Assembly: GCA_963668645.2 (NCBI GenBank)
Contig: CAXXWC010000021.1
Coordinates: 480,001-544,000, forward strand
Source: Desulfobacterales bacterium
GTDB taxonomy: Bacteria; Desulfobacterota; Desulfobacteria; Desulfobacterales; UBA2174
Length of the DNA stretch: 64,000 nucleotides
Direction: 5' to 3'
Shown here: one piece after another, positions 59,003-64,000 of the stretch
How the letters are laid out: the number at the start of each line of letters is the position of its first letter
Numbering within the stretch: the stretch's first letter is position 1
Translations under genes and position numbers: made by a program
Notes under the pieces: generated by a model
Told to the model about the DNA's origin: nothing
The model's database searches: none
Seen by the model: only the letters and a program-made list of their open reading frames with translations

Positions 59003-60030
59003 TCGCCGTTGGCACGTTCCAGTGCCTCCGGAATTCCCACGTCCAACCAGTACTCATGGATCGGGAAAGCGGTCACACGATGCTGCCGTTGCAATGCTTT
59101 TTCCAGCAATTGTGGCATGTCCTGGAAGCAATCGTACGGCAGCAAGTCTATCAGATCTGGATTGAGCAGGTAGATGCCGGCATTAATGTAATGGCTGAAC
59201 ACGGGCTTTTCTTCCAACGCAAGTACGCGAATGTCATCGGTACGAACTACCCCGTAAGGAATCTGGGTGGCATGTTTGCGTACGCAGAGGGTCGCAGCAG
59301 ATTGGTGTTCTGCATGGAAGCATAACAAACACTTAAAATCGACGTGAGTCAGTACGTCGCCATTCATAACCAGTATTGGGTCGACCGGACGCTGCGGAAG
59401 CAGGCTGAGGGCGCCAGCAGTGCCGAGCGGCTGATCTTCTTCCAGGTAGCGGATATTCACCCCCCAACGCGCACCGTCTCCAAAGTAAGCCTTGATCTGG
59501 TTCTTAAGGTAGTTGACGGCTATGTAAAAGTCACGAAAGCCAGCGTCCAGGCATTGCCGCAAGATGATCTCCAGCAGGGGGTTGCCGCCGACACGCAGCA
59601 TGGGCTTTGGGCAGTCTTCAGTCATCGGCCGCAGGCGCTTTCCTTGGCCCCCGGCCATTAGCACCACTGCGTTCGGCAGAGTCTTGGGCGTAACCAGTTC
59701 GTCCAGCAAAAAGAGACGGATCACACGGCCATCGCCATTGAGGGCCGGCACCTGTTGCAGCTTCTCCCGGCGCATTAGCACTAAGGCCTCGCACTCACTT
59801 GCCTCAGCCGGTAATGCGCGGAAATTACGATGCATGATCTGTTCAACAGGGCTGTCCAAACTCACGCCACGCAACAAAGCACGCCTGATGTCACCGTCGG
59901 TGACAGTACCGAGCAAGCGATGGTTTTCGTCAGTAACCAACGCAATTTGTGCGGCACCACGATCAATCACTCGCACGGCATTACGCACCGTGCAGTTAAG
60001 TGGCACCATATAATCCGTGGGCTCTTTCAT
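58996..60030 (-). CDS. CBS-domain sugar-1-phosphate nucleotidyltransferase (PtmE/LgaF-like)
   Basis: TVTDGDIRR CBS pair, MAGGQGKRLRP.T..PKPML, PLGTAGAL, EYWLDVG. Confidence 0.92.
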   Translation of the reverse strand: MKEPTDYMVPLNCTVRNAVRVIDRGAAQIALVTDENHRLLGTVTDGDIRRALLRGVSLDSPVEQIMHRNFRALPAEASECEALVLMRREKLQQVPALNGDGRVIRLFLLDELVTPKTLPNAVVLMAGGQGKRLRPMTEDCPKPMLRVGGNPLLEIILRQCLDAGFRDFYIAVNYLKNQIKAYFGDGARWGVNIRYLEEDQPLGTAGALSLLPQRPVDPILVMNGDVLTHVDFKCLLCFHAEHQSAATLCVRKHATQIPYGVVRTDDIRVLALEEKPVFSHYINAGIYLLNPDLIDLLPYDCFQDMPQLLEKALQRQHRVTAFPIHEYWLDVGIPEALERANGEW

Positions 60031-60965
60031 TGGTATCCTGCTATTTTCAAGTAAAAGTGCATGTTGTTTACCTGCTCGTCAAGTGTGCAAAAGAGCACGT
60101 CATCACTGTTCAGGAATGCCTCAGTTTGGCGGCACAAACCGGGCTTGAACTCCCTATCCAGCGTGTCTTCCAATTCAATCGTCTCCACCTTGACGTCTCC
60201 GAGCAAAGTAACCTGCAGTTGTTCCATCGGGCGTAGGATTAGACGCCGCTCACTTGTCAGCAATTCCAGCCCCCAACGGCCGGGCGCCTGCCAGTCGGAT
60301 AGATAGGAAAACAAAACGCCTTGAGTGGTAACACCCGCGCCGCAAAAGCGAGCAGCGGCCGGGTGCCAGTCTATCGAACCAGCGTGCCAACAGCACCAGT
60401 CCGCTGGCACGCCGCAGAAATGGAAAGCGAGATCGATGACGTGTGTCGAATTGCCGAGCAGCCAGCGCTCTTTGACACCGGCTGCCTTGGGCAATGACCC
60501 GATCTTGTGCGACCATTCTGTAAATTCGAACTGAGCACTGAGAAGACCGCCATCAGCTTCAATGTATTCCTTAGCCTTAAGCGTTGAAGCATAAAAACGG
60601 CGATTGTAAGCCAGCAAGACTTCGGCCCTTCGTGCCGCAGCCACTCGCTGCAATCTGTTGATCTCCTCAGAATCAATCCCACCAGGTTTCTCCAAGAGGA
60701 TACGCCGTGTGCCAGCCTCGATCAAGGCCCTTGACACCACTGCGAGTTGCTCGACTCCGACGGCAACTATTGCCAAGTCGGGCGAAGGCAGTTCACGGAG
60801 TGCATTCTCGACTCCGCCCAGTCGGACAGCATGTCCGGTCGCGGCGCGGAAGGTAGTCGCAGAACTTTCGCTGCGCCCAATCACCTCGAACGGTTGCTCC
60901 AGAGAGTTCAGCACCTTTGCATAATCTTGCGCCATAGGTCCGGCGCCAATGAGCCAGAGTGTCAT
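60027..60965 (-). CDS. Gfo/Idh/MocA oxidoreductase
   Basis: IGAGPMA, LLEKPG, AYNRRFY, FEFTEWSH, NSTHVID. Confidence 0.85.
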   Translation of the reverse strand: MTLWLIGAGPMAQDYAKVLNSLEQPFEVIGRSESSATTFRAATGHAVRLGGVENALRELPSPDLAIVAVGVEQLAVVSRALIEAGTRRILLEKPGGIDSEEINRLQRVAAARRAEVLLAYNRRFYASTLKAKEYIEADGGLLSAQFEFTEWSHKIGSLPKAAGVKERWLLGNSTHVIDLAFHFCGVPADWCCWHAGSIDWHPAAARFCGAGVTTQGVLFSYLSDWQAPGRWGLELLTSERRLILRPMEQLQVTLLGDVKVETIELEDTLDREFKPGLCRQTEAFLNSDDVLFCTLDEQVNNMHFYLKIAGYQ

Positions 60966-60968
60966 GAT

Positions 60969-61946
60969 TTAAGTAATTGGTAGTATTGTTTCGTTGCGAT
61001 GTTGTGTCTGGTTCCAATGGCATAGTAGCGCGTCGATGAACATAGCGTGCATTTGTGCGGACTCTGTATACGTAGGTAGGTCGCAAACACCTTTTTCGAA
61101 AATACTGCTAATCAGGCGGTTAGTCATTGTACTTTGGTATTCCAAGGTCCCCAAGATGGTTTGGCCATCTTTATCAGATGCAATGCCAGCCGATTCATCG
61201 ATATTCCATATACCATTGGATGTTTCTACGATTAGCCCTCGATCCTGTTTGACCGACCGTGCTTCCAGTCGCAATGTGCTATCATCGGAGAATGTCCCTT
61301 CGAGCACACCCGCAACCTCATAAAAACCAGTACGCTTGCTCTCAAACCAAGAATGATCCAACCCAACAGTACTGATACTATCCAACTTTTCGCCTGTCCA
61401 CCATGCAACAAGATCAATAAAGTGAATGCTGTTGCAAGCAAGCCCCCATAGTCCACCACAGCGATGCATATGCAACGGGCTCTGGCCGATGAGTGTTTCT
61501 TTGATTCGGCGATGCCAAGCCATCATTCGCCGCGGGGTATTGACCCAACATCCTTGCGCTCCAGCAACGGAATCGCCGAGCAGTGTCAGTTGGTCTTTGG
61601 ATTGTGCCAAGACCTTTTCCAAAACCCAGTATTTAACTTTGTATCGCTTGGATAGTTCACTTACGACTTGGGATCGAGAGTCCGCACATGTTGCCACTAT
61701 TGCAAGATCAATTTCTTTTGGAAGATTGTCTAATGATGCACGCCAATGAACAGAATGGAATGATTCCTCACCTCCTGCTTCAATCCAGCGTTTATCGGCA
61801 AAACTAAGTGATTGAACGCTTGGTTCAACAACTGTAATCGACAATTTCATTGGCACTTCTACCAGACCCTGCAGATACCTAGAGCCGAGTTGGCCTGCAC
61901 CAATAAGCACTATATTTGCATCCACGACATCCCCTAAGAAAGTCAA
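60969..61946 (-). CDS. Gfo/Idh/MocA-like oxidoreductase
   Basis: IGAGQLGSRYLQG, VLEKVL, WVNTPRR, WGLACNSIHFID; start uncertain. Confidence 0.8.
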   Translation of the reverse strand: MTFLGDVVDANIVLIGAGQLGSRYLQGLVEVPMKLSITVVEPSVQSLSFADKRWIEAGGEESFHSVHWRASLDNLPKEIDLAIVATCADSRSQVVSELSKRYKVKYWVLEKVLAQSKDQLTLLGDSVAGAQGCWVNTPRRMMAWHRRIKETLIGQSPLHMHRCGGLWGLACNSIHFIDLVAWWTGEKLDSISTVGLDHSWFESKRTGFYEVAGVLEGTFSDDSTLRLEARSVKQDRGLIVETSNGIWNIDESAGIASDKDGQTILGTLEYQSTMTNRLISSIFEKGVCDLPTYTESAQMHAMFIDALLCHWNQTQHRNETILPIT

Positions 61947-63019
61947 TTATTTAAATTGTTATCATGGAAATTGATAAGAATCTTTTCAATTTCTGCAAGA
62001 TTATCGATATCTACGCCCACGCCGGATTTTTTCAGTTCCATTCCAGCTTCAATCAGAGAAAGCTTATTGTCATTTTTTTTAAAAACTGATGACATCACCT
62101 GCCTAAGAGCAAACTTAGCGGCAGGCGGAAGCAATCGCCCTACTTTACCTCGCAATGTATTTTTATTTGCTAAAACAAATCGTAGGTAGGCTTCAAACCC
62201 TTGTATTACAATACTACGACAATTTTTTTCGTTTTCCTGAGGTCTTAATTTACGTAACGAATCTGAGGTGATTTGGATCAACAGTTCACGATAAGCACTG
62301 TTTTTCGAATCGGCCCACCAAGTCTCAAAGGAACGAGATTCATCCAAACTTGGATCCGTCCCTCGAATAGGTTTAGTTTCTCCGTGAGAACGTAGCCATG
62401 ATAGCTCTGGCAAAACACACGATTTGCCGGCGAAGCTCATACAGAGTTCAAACTGCAACTCGCCTATCGCAAAAACAGGAAACTCTCTCTTAGTATAACT
62501 ACCCATTGCAGTTATCCAGGCATCCTTTCGAGCCACTGAATAACTGAGACTTGGAACATAGTCTGCCATGTGATACCTAACCCGTGAGGTAGCATTTTCC
62601 TCTTTAATAGCGTATCCATTCAATTTTGGATATTGTGAGAAACCGATGATTGAATTACCAATTGGACGGAACCCTAACGCTCTTCCGCAGCAAGCCACGT
62701 AATCAGAATTATTCTCTAGGTGCTGTATACATGCATTTAATCCTTTGAATAAAAAAAATTCGTCATCGCCATGAAGCACAATGTAATCAGTTTTCAAATT
62801 AGGTAATATCGTTTCCAGCCTTTCGACAAATGGGTATGGCCAATGAAAGTAGTTAATATTAGAACCTATTCCGACTAAATCAGATCCAATTATGGGAGCA
62901 CAACTTCCATCCAATACGTAAACACATGGACCCTTGTTAGACCAATAGAGCATATTTCTGAGCGCAAATTTCTGACGATTATAAGTTGGTATAACTATAG
63001 TTAGGTTCAATAGATTCAT
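61943..63019 (-). CDS. GT2-like glycosyltransferase (TIGR00180 type)
   Basis: TIVIPTYNR, VLDGS, HGDDEF; low GC. Confidence 0.78.
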   Translation of the reverse strand: MNLLNLTIVIPTYNRQKFALRNMLYWSNKGPCVYVLDGSCAPIIGSDLVGIGSNINYFHWPYPFVERLETILPNLKTDYIVLHGDDEFFLFKGLNACIQHLENNSDYVACCGRALGFRPIGNSIIGFSQYPKLNGYAIKEENATSRVRYHMADYVPSLSYSVARKDAWITAMGSYTKREFPVFAIGELQFELCMSFAGKSCVLPELSWLRSHGETKPIRGTDPSLDESRSFETWWADSKNSAYRELLIQITSDSLRKLRPQENEKNCRSIVIQGFEAYLRFVLANKNTLRGKVGRLLPPAAKFALRQVMSSVFKKNDNKLSLIEAGMELKKSGVGVDIDNLAEIEKILINFHDNNLNN

Positions 63020-63044
63020 CTGTTACACTTATATCTTTTGGATA

Positions 63045-64000
63045 TTATGCGAATATACGGAAAGCTGTACTTTTTATTTTCCGACGCAACAGTGGAGCGG
63101 CTAAACTTGAGGAAGCCAGAGTAACTGTTCCGGCAAGCATTAATTGGCTTACTTGTTCAATTATTCCTGTTGGATTCGGAATTAGCCAAAAGACTGCGAT
63201 GGCCATTGTCGTTGCCGCACATAGGGGTCCAATTACATCTTTAAAATACCAGCTCCATTTCTCACCCTTTAGGATTCTCCTGTGCATAAAGTGTGGAACG
63301 ATCAATATTCCACCTGAAGTATAGGCGACCCAAACCAGTGCAGCTCCTTTAGCTCCAAAACGAGGCGTTGCCCAAATAATTGCAGGAACTATTATCAATA
63401 CTGCCAAAACATTTGTATACAGTAACAGGGTTGTCCATCCATATGCATAAGTTGCATGCCCGGGAAGACGGAGAAGACCGTTTAATAAGTTGCCTATCGC
63501 CAACAGACTGAGTAGTGGTGCGACACGAATGGTTAATTCTAAATTTTGAGTCCATAGAGTAAGAAATGTGTGCGAAAACACTATCAGGACAATCGCAGCG
63601 CTGCCAAGCGTCACGCTAACCAACTGGGCTGCTTGATGGTAGGTGTTCGATAGAGCACTAAACTGGGATGTCGCTTGCAACTGGCAAAGCTGCGGAAACC
63701 AAGCCTGTATAATTGGTGCGACTAAGGTGAAGAGGTAAGCAGCGACTGATGCAGCTAAGGTGTAGTAGCCAAATTCTGACAGAGATAGCATTTTAGAGAG
63801 CAGCACTTTATCCACTTGTGTAAGCAACAGCGATAAAATAGACGTACCCAAAAGTCCAGCGGCATACCGCCAAATTCCCTGCAATGCAGAAATAGAAAAA
63901 CGTCCACCGCGTTCCCCTTTTTTTAAAGCTGAATATGTAAATACCGAAAACATAATAAGTGTCATCAAAGAAATAACCCCCTGCCATACAAAAAAGGCCT
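63045..64000 (-). CDS. wzx: Wzx oligosaccharide flippase, C-terminal part (5' end outside window)
   Basis: TQVDKVLLSKMLSLSEFGYYTLA, multiple TMs, FGAKGAA. Confidence 0.88.
   Translation of the reverse strand, partial: AFFVWQGVISLMTLIMFSVFTYSALKKGERGGRFSISALQGIWRYAAGLLGTSILSLLLTQVDKVLLSKMLSLSEFGYYTLAASVAAYLFTLVAPIIQAWFPQLCQLQATSQFSALSNTYHQAAQLVSVTLGSAAIVLIVFSHTFLTLWTQNLELTIRVAPLLSLLAIGNLLNGLLRLPGHATYAYGWTTLLLYTNVLAVLIIVPAIIWATPRFGAKGAALVWVAYTSGGILIVPHFMHRRILKGEKWSWYFKDVIGPLCAATTMAIAVFWLIPNPTGIIEQVSQLMLAGTVTLASSSLAAPLLRRKIKSTAFRIFA

Overview
GC-rich bacterial chromosomal window. Gene content and IS types suggest an anaerobic Desulfobacterales-like organism (inference). 1-2.6 kb: housekeeping tex (partial), dtd, dacB. 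2.9-16.7 kb: a PAS-LuxR regulator followed by a co-oriented catabolic cluster. It encodes a TRAP transporter, an acetyl-CoA hydrolase/transferase-family CoA-transferase, a two-subunit 2-hydroxyacyl-CoA dehydratase plus ATP-dependent activator, 3-hydroxyacyl-CoA dehydrogenase, enoyl-CoA hydratase, thiolase and 4-hydroxybutyryl-CoA dehydratase, with no acyl-CoA dehydrogenase/ETF. 16.9-19.4 kb: three minus-strand genes (ATC-hydrolase family, orphan NMT1-like binding protein, ghrA-like). 19.9-22.2 kb: an IS66 remnant whose terminus carries a complete IS1634-family element. 22.4-64 kb: a >41 kb minus-strand Wzx/Wzy-type surface polysaccharide locus with wzc, wza, an OM barrel, a ligase-like gene, wecA, many glycosyltransferases, modifying enzymes and a legionaminic-acid-type pathway with extra oxidoreductases. 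The locus also contains an antisense toxin-antitoxin pair, IS3, IS630, an ISNCY remnant, two copies of a 110-bp MITE that each break a gene, and several unexplained palindromic or short-period repeats at gene boundaries. No rRNA, tRNA or CRISPR array was found. All product calls come from motif recognition, not database searches.
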